Part shown: one piece after another, positions 51,663 to 63,100 of the stretch
Numbering within the stretch: the stretch's first letter is position 1
How the letters are laid out: every line of letters starts with the position of its first letter
NCBI RefSeq assembly: GCF_018977255.1
Contig: NW_024704743.1
Location: 105,836,001 to 105,900,000 of the forward strand
Direction: 5' to 3'
DNA from: Callorhinchus milii
Lineage: Eukaryota
DNA: 64,000 nt
The notes under the pieces: model-generated
The model's input: only the letters and a program-made list of their open reading frames with translations
Told to the model about the DNA's origin: nothing
Database searches by the model: none
Made by a program: the position numbers and the translations under genes

Positions 51663-52046
51663 TTGGCTCAGTTGGTAGCATTATTGCCCCTGAATCAGAA
51701 GATTTGGGGCTCAAGCCCCACATTGGGATTTGGAACTCATAACATCTAAGTCGATGCTGCTATACAGTGCTGGAGGTGTGTTGCATTGTCGGAAGTGTCA
51801 TCCTTCAGATGAGAAGTTAAACAGTCTGCCTCTCCAGGTGGCCTATTTGAAAAGAGAAATGCATTTTCCCAGTGTTCTGGCTTACAATACCAAGATAAAA
51901 TTGATCACTACAGAGCTAGTTGAGGGACATTGCTGTGTTCAAATTGTTTGCTGTGTTCACCTAGAAATACAGTCACTACACTCTACAGTAAATCCTGTGA
52001 GGTACTTTGAGACATTGTGATGGCACTATATCAAATACAAGGATTA
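51663..52046 (+). mobile_element. Old full-length DeuSINE (SacSINE1-like)
   Basis: GGCTCAGTTGGTAGCA head, CAGATGAGAAGTTAAAC, tail. Confidence 0.8.
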
Positions 52047-52339
52047 GTCCAGGAGAGTTTCTCCCCATATTCTTGCATTCCCCAAATAAAAGTGCTCATC
52101 CCTCCTGACGTGAAAGGTGTTATACTAAATGTAAGGATTATGATAATTATTATTAAATTTGATTCAGCAAATTGGGACCATCCATAAAATAGAAGGACAC
52201 TTTACATAATACAGGGGAAATTTGAAATGATTGATGTGATAACATTCTGCAGATTTTTCCCCCAATAATTACTAAATTAATTAATTTCAAACTAAATGGC
52301 TGCTCTTCTCTGTTGTTTATAGGACATTTCTTAGGCAGG

Positions 52340-52530
52340 TAATAATAATAATAATAATCCATGCATTTGATATAGCGCTTTTCACGTCTTCTAGACATCT
52401 CAAAGCGCTTCACAGAATATGCTGTAAAGTGAATTGACAGTATATTTGTGTGTGAAACGTGGCAGCCAATTGCGCACAGCAGTGTCCCACAAACAGTCGT
52501 GGATTGAAAATGACCAATTTATTATTGTTC
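52340..52530 (-). mobile_element. Young SINE, 5'-truncated
   Basis: Reverse complement of the SINE 3' half. Confidence 0.9.
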
Positions 52531-52658
52531 TGATCCCAACCACCAGATTGTTATCTGATCCCAACCACCAGATTGGGTGCAAATCCCTGCTGTCCAGCGC
52601 CTTGGGCCATCCTCCCGAAGTGACAGACGTTATACAAATGTAATTTGTTGTTGTTATA

Positions 52659-53725
52659 TAATAATAATAATCCTTGCATTTGATATAGCGCAACTTAGGC
52701 GTCAGGTTCGATCCCCAGTTATCCTTCCTCCACCACATCTGGTTCCTGACCAGCACCGCTTTCTTCAACCTCCGCCACATTGCCTGTCTTCGATAATACC
52801 CCCCCAAAAGCTGCTGAAAGCCTTGTCCATGCCTTTGTCACCTCTCGGCTGGACTACTCTAATGTCCTCCTCGCTGGTCTCTCCTCCTCCACTAGTCACA
52901 CAATTCAGCTCATTCAAAACTCTGCCACCAAACTTCGAACCCCGATTACTCCAGTCCTTGCCAAACCCCACTGGCTCCCTGTCACAGAGCATATTGACTT
53001 CAAGATTCTCACTCTAGTGTTTAAATCCCTCCATTCCTTGGCACCGCCCTATCTCTCTAACCTCCTCTCTCCCCAAAGTTGTACCCGCTGTTTCCGATCT
53101 ACTGGGTCCGTCCTTCTCCGCGTCCCTCGAATCCTCCGTTTCACCATCGGGGCCGTGCCTTCAGCCACTATGCCCCAAAAGTTTGGAACCCCTGCCCTCA
53201 ACCGCTTTGCTTCGCATCCTCCTTCCCCATCTTCAGGTCATGCCTGAAGACCTTCCTTTTCGACCGCGCCTACGGTCACCTTTACTCTCCCACTGGCTCG
53301 TCCTTCGGCTCCACCATTGTCAAGCGCTCTGAGACATCGCCCGATGTGGAGGGCGCTATCTAAGTGCAAATTATTGTTGTTGGAGCACCTTATGTCTTCA
53401 AGATGTCTCAAAGCGCTTCACAGAATATACTGTAAAGTGAATTGACTGCATATTTTGTGGACGAAACACGGCAACCAATTGCACACAGCAGTATCCCACA
53501 AACAGTCGTGGATTGACTGATCAAATTATTTTCATTTATTTTGAAGGAGTTATTACCCCCAGAAAAGTGATCTGTCAATCGGCTATCAACGAGGTTCTAC
53601 TTCCTGCTAGGTAAACAGAGGCATGTGGAGTAAGGAAACTTGCCCAACCTTTCGCCCTGCGGGGAATTGAACCCAGGTCCTCTCGCTTGCGAGGAAAGTG
53701 CTCTAACCCTACGCTGCAGGACTCC
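52659..53725 (-). mobile_element. tRNA SINE, long subfamily, split by an L2 insertion
   Basis: Tail at 52659-52691; the remainder resumes at 53384. Confidence 0.85.
52691..53382 (+). mobile_element. L2 3' fragment nested in a SINE
   Basis: HAFVTSRLDYSNVLLAGL...HWLP...IDFKILTLVFKSL; tail. Confidence 0.95.
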
Positions 53726-54679
53726 TTTGTAGCTTAGGTTGTAGCTCCACCTTTGTACATTGTCATCTTTAGTAAAGCTCAGGGATTCCCTCCAGAATGC
53801 AGACTATCACTCCCTCACCCAGGAAGTCCAAGGCTTCCTGCTGGATACACGGAACAGAAGTGCATTTTGAGGAAAACCTGAAAAGAGGGGAAAAGAAAAG
53901 AGCAGAGGAAAATAAAGTGTGCAAAAAAAAGTGTGCAATTTGTAATCATTATCCAGTTAACTTTAATATTGTTTATACCGTATTTGGAGTGAAGATTAAC
54001 TTTTTACATAATTCCTTTTTTTATGTACATTAAGAGCTTTGCCCTGACATATCAGTATCTGTGCTTAAAGGAGCCAGATTTTAGGGTGTAATGAATATTC
54101 TTTCACTGAATGTAATGAATGCAGGAATATTTCTGCCCCCTTCCAAACCCTCTGCCTATTCCATCTCTCCACCCCCTAAAGTCTTTTTTCCCCTCTAACT
54201 ATTCACAGTCAAGGTCAAGTCCAGCATTGGGAATGTTTTACTTTAGCAAAGACTGGCACTTTTGACTTTGTCCCATCGTACTCAGTGGTGGGAAACAGGT
54301 GACATTTGGAAGCTTTCCAACAAGAAGGAGCCAGGCGTCCCCAGCTGCAGCAGAGCATATCACATTGGTATTCCAGCCGTTTCCTCCAAAATGTCCAGGG
54401 TCATTCTGAATTGCTGTAAACGAGCTGGCCTATATTGTGGAGCAAGACCCTGTATGATATTATAGAATTTTTGGTGGGGAGGGGGAATAAGTGTTTTCAA
54501 AGAAATACAATTGTTTGCATACATTAAGATTTTTCTTTCCTCCTTGCTTAAAATCCTGAAATGTTACTAACTCAAAATCGGATTCTAAAAGTTTCAGAGT
54601 GGCCTAAAAGCAAAGTTGTTTCCAAGCTCCCAATGCGCTCTGCTCCCTTGTCAGGCCCGATACTACTTCCTTCCTACCC

Positions 54680-55070
54680 TCTCATGACTTCCTGCTTTAG
54701 GCCTTATCAATGCAAAAAAAAGAGTTTTTATGTACTTGCTGCATGGAAAAGGTTGGTTTTAGTTCCTTAAATGGTAATCTTAGCTTCGACAACAGGAAGT
54801 GAATAAGTCCATCTGAAAAGAATCGTCACCTTCTTTCTGGATGCAAGTTGTGTCATTTAACGAAAGTGGTTTCTCGGTTTCAGGATGAAACCTCCCTGCA
54901 AAAAGCAAATGTAAAAGTGTGGTAAAATGTTTTGTGTTTCTTAATATTCCATGCACATTGTGTTTATTTTTGTCTTAGAGCATTGTTGCCAGATCGTAGT
55001 CTGTCTGTTCCTGATAGCAGCTGCGTCAATCTGATAAGTTTGCAGCATCGGTGAGATAAGAGCTGTTTAA
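54680..55070. promoter_or_regulatory. Putative haematopoietic/endothelial-type enhancer (ETS, GATA, E-box)
   Basis: ACTTCCTG at 54687, CTTATCA at 54703, ACAGGAAGTG at 54792, TGTGGT at 54918, two CTG-N8-WGATA units, AGATAAG at 55054; motif evidence only. Confidence 0.45.
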
Positions 55071-55404
55071 AATGGGAACGATCCAGAAGCACTAATCTTT
55101 TGGCAAAATCACTGCACTGACTCTGTTGAAGAAAACGTTTCCCTCAAGTTTCAAGCATCAAACCTTAACACTGGACAATTGTACCAAAAAGCTTCAGAGG
55201 CTTTGCAGGGCATTTATTTTCCCGTGTGTTTGAACGTTTGCAGAGATTTTCTACAAGCTTTCTCCCAATGCCCTTCACATTTCACATATTTGGTACTTTT
55301 GACTTGTGGCAGTGGATGTTTCCAAGGCTTTCAGCAAGCCAGTGAGGGTCAATGTATAGATGGACGAAATGGCACAAAATCACAATCCCGGGAACTCGTA
55401 ACAA

Positions 55405-56140
55405 AGAGGCACTGGTAACAAAGAATCTACAGTAGATGGTAGGAACTTAAGAGGATTCGGAATGTGGGATTCAGATCCACAAATCTCTAAAGGTAGCTAC
55501 ACAGGTAGCTAAGGCCATAAAATAGGTCAATGGGGTCTTGGGCTTTATATCCTGAGGGATAGAAGATAAAAATGAGGAGTTGATGTTGAATTTATAGAAA
55601 ACCTTGGTCAGACCACATTTGGAGTATTGTGTCTCTAATTTTGGTCTCCACTCTAAGAAGGATATAGCAGCGATGAAAATTGTAGAGCTTAGATTTACGA
55701 GGATGATACCAGGGCTGACAAGTTACTGCTATCAGGATAGACTAAGTAAGTTAGACAATTTTTTCACTGGAGAAGAGTTTAAGGGAAGACCTAATAGAAG
55801 TGTTTAAAATTATAACAGAGTTTGATAAGGTTAACATAAATGGGCAATTTTCATTGGTTGGGGACTCCATAACCAGGGGATTAAATATAAGATAGTTACT
55901 AGAGATCTAAAAGAAAATTTAGGAGAAACTGCTTCACACGGTGGATAGTGAGATTGCGGAACTTGCTGTCTGAAGTGGCGGTTGAATTAGATATTTTAGA
56001 TGCAGTCAAGAACTTCACATGAGGGAGAGGGGAATAGAAGGGTATGGGAGGGAGTAAGGAACAGGTAAAGACCCATGTAGAGTATTAACACTGGCATGGA
56101 CTGGTTGGGGCAAGCGGATGGTTTCATGCTGTACATACTT
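55405..56140 (+). mobile_element. Older CR1 3' fragment
   Basis: VRPHLEYCV...RFTRMIPGL; degenerate 3' UTR. Confidence 0.85.
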
Positions 56141-56494
56141 TGTACATCTTCTTTGAGAACCCTGTGATGTTAGTATGGTATGGATCAGCTTGGTGTCAGC
56201 TCATCTTTAGTCTGAATCCGAAGATTATGGGAGCTAGCCTCACGTCAGATCTTGAGCTCAAATCTCTCACTGATGCTCTAGGGCACTACTAGGAGCCTGA
56301 CTGCTGAATGAGAAAAGGTTCAACCAAGAATCCATCTGAGTATTCAGGATAATAAAGATCCCTTGTCAGCATTCAAAATGTAATCACTCAGTACAGTATT
56401 CTCCTGGTTTCCAGGCCAGGAATCTTCATGGCTGTAAATGGCTGCCATGTTTGCTCCCTTGACAGCGATTTTTTGGCATAATAGGACCCTTTAA

Positions 56495-56863
56495 AATAAT
56501 AATGATGATCCTTCCGTTTGATTTAGCTTCTTATCATGTCTTTGAGACATCTTAAAGCGCTTTACAAAACATAAAGTGAATTGACTGTATATTTTGTGGG
56601 TGAAACCCAAGAGCCAATTGGGTACAGAAGTGTGCCACAAACAATCGTGGATTGAGTGACCAAATTATTATTCTTAATATTTATTTATTTGTTTGTTTGT
56701 TTGCTTTGAAGCAATTAATACCACTGGAAAAGCAACCTGCCAGTCGATTAAGAACTGGGTTCCTACTTACTACGGGGTAAACAGAGGCGTGTGGAGTAAG
56801 GAAACTCGCCCAGGGCCTCTCGCGTGCGAGGTGAGTGCTCTAACTACTAAACTACAGGACTCC
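56495..56863 (-). mobile_element. tRNA SINE, long subfamily
   Basis: Head CTACAGGACTCC, long-form segment, tail. Confidence 0.85.
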
Positions 56864-57314
56864 ATACAAAAATGCAAGTTGTTTTGTTTTCTAAAGGAAA
56901 TTGAACTCAAAATTATCGCACTCATATTCATCATCAAATTATGAAATAAATATTCCTTTCACAATATATGAAATCACAAGATATGAGATGCAGATTTGGA
57001 AAAACCAGGAGTTTTCTGGGTGTAGCATTTCTGGGCAATTTCTGATTGTGTATCAAGAATGCTCTCTCTCACCCCCTTACATCTCTAATTTAAACTGAAT
57101 GATAAAAGCAATAACCTTCTTTGTCGGCACTTTGCTTCATCCAGATTACACTTGACCTTAATTTTACTCCTATCTTCATGTTTACTTCAATAAAGGGAAC
57201 ACATTTGGCACCATGCCGTTCCTTTAAAGTTTCCTAATGCTTATTATATCTGAGATATCTGGAGAGAAATACTGTATTGTGCATTGAGATGAAAATAAAT
57301 CATTGAAAGATACT

Positions 57315-57402
57315 GACCAAGAACTAAACCTGGCGCCTTCCTGGCCTTTATAGCTCAGTATCACACCACGATGTGCACTCACTCACTGAGTCATCAATGG
57401 AG
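57315..57402 (-). mobile_element. Old tRNA-like SINE head relic
   Basis: The reverse complement reads TGACTCAGTGAGT...ACTGAGC...CCAGGAAGG...CCAGGTT. Confidence 0.4.
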
Positions 57403-58360
57403 CACATAAAAGCCCCATTTAGACTATTCTAATAATGTGTCTTAACTCCACACTCAAAAGAGAAACCCATGCTGTACCAATGAGATATTTGCACTTCCTA
57501 TACCCGTCATTCTTATGATCGCTTTCAGTGAGACTAGTAAACATTGGCTCCTTTAAGACATTTAGATGAATGTTGGAATTGTTTACCTGTCACTGAAGTA
57601 TAATAACATGTTCCGCCCCAGTTTGGGTGCCCAACCAGCAGTGTGACTTGAAAGGTGCTATACAACTTTAAATTGTATTGTATTGGAATATTAAGAGATC
57701 AAAACTTTCTCTTCCCACAGATGCCCTTTCTGTCTTCTGGCCTTTTATTCCTCCTGAGTGGCTTTGGAAAATCACTGACCCTAATCTCAGACCAGCCGGA
57801 TTAACATAACCCACCACTCAGATTAACATTTCCCACGCTTTTGTGAGTATCACAAATTAAAATACACGTGTTAGTTTTAATATTTGGAGTCTCTAGATAG
57901 TGCTGGATAAATCCATTTTACTGAAACAAATTATTGCTCTGCTGTCCTGAAGTTGTTGACAGATGTTGACATATAATGCATCAATGTCTGTGAGGAGCGT
58001 TGATTTGACCTTGCAGCGAATATCGCATTGAACCATCTTAGACCAACAGGCATGTCAGTGCTCAGCTGAGATGCAGGCTTTCCCTTCTCTAAGTAGAACA
58101 CTACCTCACAAAGCAAGTAACTATTCACAGTTAAAAGACACTTTTTGCTGCCTCTCTTGTGCATTGCAGTTCTGGGAGTTCAGACTTCCTGAACTGATTT
58201 CACTTCTGACTCATTGTATAGCTGACAGAATGATATCAGACCTCCCTTCTTATTTTTAAACCTGGATCACAGAGGTAAAAAAACGGCACTTTGTTAATTT
58301 ACAGTACCTCTCAGACGTAAGGAACATCTATTCTGTTTGTATCCGATTTTGAGCAACATT

Positions 58361-58407
58361 GCCTTTTATAAAATCACAAGGCCTTTTATAAAATCACAAG
58401 GCCTTTT
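58361..58407. repeat. Perfect 20-bp tandem duplication
   Basis: GCCTTTTATAAAATCACAAG twice, plus a partial third copy. Confidence 0.95.
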
Positions 58408-58429
58408 CCTATCAGCCAGAGAGTCGTCA

Positions 58430-58870
58430 TAACAGCAATCACCTTTCATTTCTACAGTGCCTTTCATGTAAAAGGGCCTTAAAGCATCTGACAAATATAA
58501 TAGTGGATTGGGACGGCAGGTAATTAAGCAGGGAAGTAAAAGATTTATAGAGTTTGAGCAAAGGCACAGTCAAAGAGCTATGTTTTTAGGAGTGTTTTTT
58601 AAGGCAAATAGAAATGTAACAAGACAAAGTGGTTTCTGAAGGGAGGAAATTTGGGAGGAAAGGGCAATGATAACTGAGTGTAGCTATCACTAATAGAACA
58701 AAGGGAGTAGTGAGCAGTAGAGCAGTAGATCAGGATTGGAAGAGCAGAGTGTACAAGCTAACATGTAGACTGGAAAAGATTCCATAGGCATGGTAGGACA
58801 AGGTCAATGAAGTGATTTGAAGACCAGGACGAGGATATTATATTCAAGCCAATGGTAGTATGAATAAGCT
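58430..58870 (-). mobile_element. Very old L2 3' fragment
   Basis: Degenerate tail (AGTGCCTTTCATG) and a purine-rich body resembling other minus-strand L2s. Confidence 0.5.
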
Positions 58871-60189
58871 AAAGAGACAATGGGATGTGTTCCTGAAAAA
58901 AAGATATTGAGGTGAATGGTGAAAGTCCAGTAGTTGGGGATGAGAATAATCAAAATGTGATAGGTTTGTTGGATCTAACTTACTTTTAGTTTCTTTCTTC
59001 ATCAAAATTGCATCTTACACAGAAGATGCTTAAGCATAATGGTAGTTCAATAGGAAATACGAGAAATTTTTTCAAGGGAACAAATCAATAGCTACAGCCA
59101 GCGGAATTATTTGGAAGAAGATCGCAGCTTAAATAGTTCATCCCAATAACTAGTCCCACTCCATAGCCATGAGAAACTGGCTTGCTGAACTTCAATTGCT
59201 CTGTAGTTAAGATTTGTCAACTATGAATAATTAGATCAGGATATCATTGGTACCAGAGTTCACTCATCTATGCTGAACGGTTATTACACCACCAATGGGT
59301 TAAAATACCAGAATAATATCCTTCACAATATATTGCTTGTTATTTTTGCAATGCTTGTCACATTTGCAATATTTTAACTGGTTTGTGAACAAATTTATCA
59401 GAAAGTCAATGATCGTTCTGGAGGTTACTCCTATCTAACAAATAATCAATAGATTATAGAAACCTTTTTAACATGTCTGTGGGAGATTGAGTCCAAATAT
59501 CTGTCTTGGTCTGGTAAACGAGCGGAACAGGTTTGATGGGCTGGGTGGCCTCCTCCTGATCCAGTGTTCCAATATATTTGACATATGCTCTTTTTGGGCC
59601 AGAAACAAGAATACTTTCCTATTTGAAGAGACTCATTAAGAAATTATCCAGATGATTTGTTGCACCTTTCCACTTCTAATGCGTATCCTGTAGCAAATAT
59701 CTTACCCATATGGTAAGTAGTCATCCAGTTCCTGTTTAGTGTTTGTCTTGGGAAAATAGTCCAGAGGAAAAGGGGAAAAGGATTTTGAAAGGAAGGAGAG
59801 TTCAAACACTTGTTTACGATTCATTTTTTGGAAAGGAAGTTCATCCAAAATTACCAGATGCAAGGCACCAAAGTAGAAGCATAGGGAAAGACCAGAGGAT
59901 TCAGATTAGAATAGATACAGATAGCTCCAGTGGGGGAAGCCAGCAAGGGTACATACATGATGGGCTAAATATATACTGTCAACAATCTATGACTAATCAG
60001 TAAAGAAAGGCCACATCCCCATCCCGAATGGCTGCACATCACATTCCAAAATAAAATGTTATAAATTTTATTTCAATATAATAATATCTTCCACATATCT
60101 AACAGTTTGCTAATGTAAAACTAAATATCTCAAAGTGCTTTACAAAATTATAATTGATTTGAAATGAAGCAAATTATGTTATATACAAT

Positions 60190-60510
60190 AACTTATATTT
60201 ATATACCTTCCTTCACATAAATAATGTTTCAGAGCACTCATCGTGACAGAGTCGGGAGGACGTCTCAAAATGCTTTAAAGGATTTTCCGTGACATTGAGT
60301 AACTGTGTATTTGTAGGCAAACACGACAGCACAATTGCACACAGCAATGTCCCACAAACAGCCATGAAACAAATGACCAATTTTATTTGGAGGATTTTTG
60401 TCCAGAACACTGGGAAAACTCCCTTCTCTTTACGAGTAGTACCTTGGGATCCTTAACATCCAGCTGAATGGATAGACTTGGTTTACCATCTCATCTGAAG
60501 GATGACATTA
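60190..60510 (-). mobile_element. Old DeuSINE
   Basis: GCACACAGCAATGTCCCACAAACAGCCATG; GGGATCCTTAACATCC. Confidence 0.8.
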
Positions 60511-61949
60511 TAAACTAAAATGGCCAATATTAAAACAAAACCCACTGTGAAGATTGATCATACCTTTTGCTGATTTTTCCATTGCATGGCAAAGCCTAGA
60601 CTATTTTTTGCTGGCCTGATACTTTCAGTCAACTTATGCTAATGTTTAATTGGTGATTAATGTTTGCAGGATATTTCTATCGCAATCACCATTGGAGTAT
60701 GGCATTGATTTGTTAACAGCACATTGAAAGAAGTATGAAAATATAACAAGTTATAAACTCCTCAAATGGGGTGAAATAAATTGCTTTAAATTGTGATCTC
60801 CTAAAGTGGTTTAGCAAAAATCTTTCCTGTTTGCTAGATGGTGTGTTTCTTAGGCATAATTCAAATGGAAAGTTCTTTACAATAGGTGAACAGATTTGTA
60901 AGGAATTGGCTGCACAATTGACCTAATATTAGCAGGATCACATTTTGTTTGAAAGGATGTAGCGATGCCTCACAAGTCGAGCTTGTTCCAAGTATTCACT
61001 CAATAAGCTGCAAAATGTTAAGTTAATAGGAACTTCAGCAAAATACCACTGCAATTCTTAAATACTTTAGTGACTCACTTCTCATCACCCTTGCTACCTT
61101 CTGCATTATACTCAGCCACCAAGCAGAAATTAGCTGATCTGACCTCTTTTTTATTAACAAACCCTCCAAAATAGATTCACCATTTACACCACAAACAATT
61201 TAAAATATCTTTTCCTCTAGTCAACATATGCAAAATTATTTGTTTCCAGGATTTACACTTCTCCAATTGTCTTCTTTGCAGCCATTCAGGATGGGGAGAA
61301 ACATAGAAACCTCAACATATGAACACTCAGCAGTGACAAGCGGAGAATAATACGCACTCACCACTGAATGTTGACGAGTTTACAGACAACGCAGGAATAC
61401 CCAATTAATCTTCGGACATTATCCAGACCGCTTCTGAGCATCTTAAGACATCCATAATTGTAGTACAATCCAGGTGGCAGTGAAAAGCAAACGCTGAACA
61501 CCTATAAAGTAACTCAACATCCAGCTATATTTTGCCATTAACTTTATTATGGGAAATAAACTAGGGTTACAGTTAACAACAACAGGCATCACTAGAGAAC
61601 TTCAATGAAGAATACTGGGAAAGACATCAAATAAAAGAAAATCCATGTTGAAGTTGATTTACATTAAAAACTGAGCTTCAAGTTAATAAGTGTAGTGAAC
61701 TGATGGCAACCACTTTCTTCATTCTAGAAGCAAAACTTTTTTTTGAAGGAGTTACTTGATCAGCAGTTGTGCACCAGAAGTTTACAAAAATCACCCCAAA
61801 CCTACAATGTTTTATTTAGCAGGTGAATGCCTTTGAATCTCTTCTATGTGAGGTTAGTTAACTTGAGTAAATGAGCCCTTTCGGGTCATAAAATCATAGT
61901 GAAACCTTGAAACAACATTTTCATATTTTAAATCTTAGGTAATTAAATA

Positions 61950-62065
61950 GTTCACCCACAAAATACACAGTCAATCACTTTATAATATATCCCTGTAAAG
62001 CGCTTTGAGGCGTCTCGACAATGTGATAAGTTGCTATATCAAATGCAACAATTATTATTATTATT
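61950..62065 (+). mobile_element. SINE tail-only copy
   Basis: GTTCACCCACAAAATACACAGTC...(ATT)n. Confidence 0.85.
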
Positions 62066-62621
62066 GAAGTTAAATGCAGGAAATAGCTTACATTATATTG
62101 GTTTCACCATTGCAATTCCACGTTAAGCCGCAGCATACTTTGCAAAGCAAACTCACTTGCACATCAAGGGATGGGCGGATGATCAAAAGGTACATTAAAC
62201 ATTATATATTTGGCAAAGTTTTGTGAATTTTTAAGATGACCTCTTAATTGTTATGTTGATAAATTGGAAATTTAGAACAAAAAAAAGTGCCAGTCTGTAA
62301 CTTCAAGGTCTAATGCTTCAGTGGATTCAAAGTGGTACAATGTGAACAAGTCAGCATTTGAGAGTTAATTCTGATAAATTACAATGGTCTTGAGTTTTGA
62401 ACGGATTGACAAGTGAAGAAAAAAATTTAATGAAGCAATGTTAGGAGCCTAAACTGGCCATTTGGAAACCAAACATGTTTTGTACGTTCTGTGCTGTGTT
62501 CTTGCTGTAAGTTACATTAAGTAAAGAAGGATTTTTTCACATGGTTACTGAAATGTGGGTGGCTCAAGTTTCTTGCATGCTACATGTTTAGCATTCCTTA
62601 TAGAGACAAAGCTGTCAAGTC

Positions 62622-62692
62622 ATGCTAAACTACTGTGGCTCCTACGTAGAGCTGCGCCCCAGCTCTGCATAGGAGCCACAGTAGTTTAGCAT
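62622..62692. repeat. Near-perfect inverted repeat (33-bp arms, 5-nt loop)
   Basis: ATGCTAAACTACTGTGGCTCCTACGTAGAGCTG / CAGCTCTGCATAGGAGCCACAGTAGTTTAGCAT, 31 of 33 positions Watson-Crick paired. Confidence 0.95.
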
Positions 62693-62729
62693 AATACTGT
62701 ACATACCTTGGCGTAAATTCCATCCAACT

Positions 62730-63100
62730 CAATCACAAAACTGCAGCCCATATCCTCTCGCTGGCTCCATATGCCCATTAACTCCAACTTCACCAGGTTC
62801 CACGACTCCCAGTCCACCAAAGGATCCTCGTCTTGAATTCCAAGCCACAAAGTCCTCATTTTACCCTAATTTACCTCTGCAATCTCCTCCAGTCCTATTC
62901 TCCTACTTGTACCCTATGCTCCTCCGATTTTTGTCCAACTTCTCATTCCCCACTTCCATCTAGCCAAACATCAGCTTTCAAGCATTCAGCCAATATGTCC
63001 CTTCACTTTAAAACTTTCTCCCCAAATTGTCTTGCCTCCTGTCTCCTCTCCCTGCTTTCAAACCCTTCTTTGACCCTAACTTTGGCCAACATCCTCAAAC
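62730..63100 (+). mobile_element. Very old L2 3' fragment
   Basis: Pyrimidine-rich; YLCNLLQSYSPTCTLCSS resembles the L2 C-terminus. Confidence 0.55.

Noticed and set aside
54979..55050. 72-bp exon reading of the GATA cluster
   Set aside because: The peptide is unrecognised and the motif spacing better fits an enhancer; not fully excluded without RNA-seq
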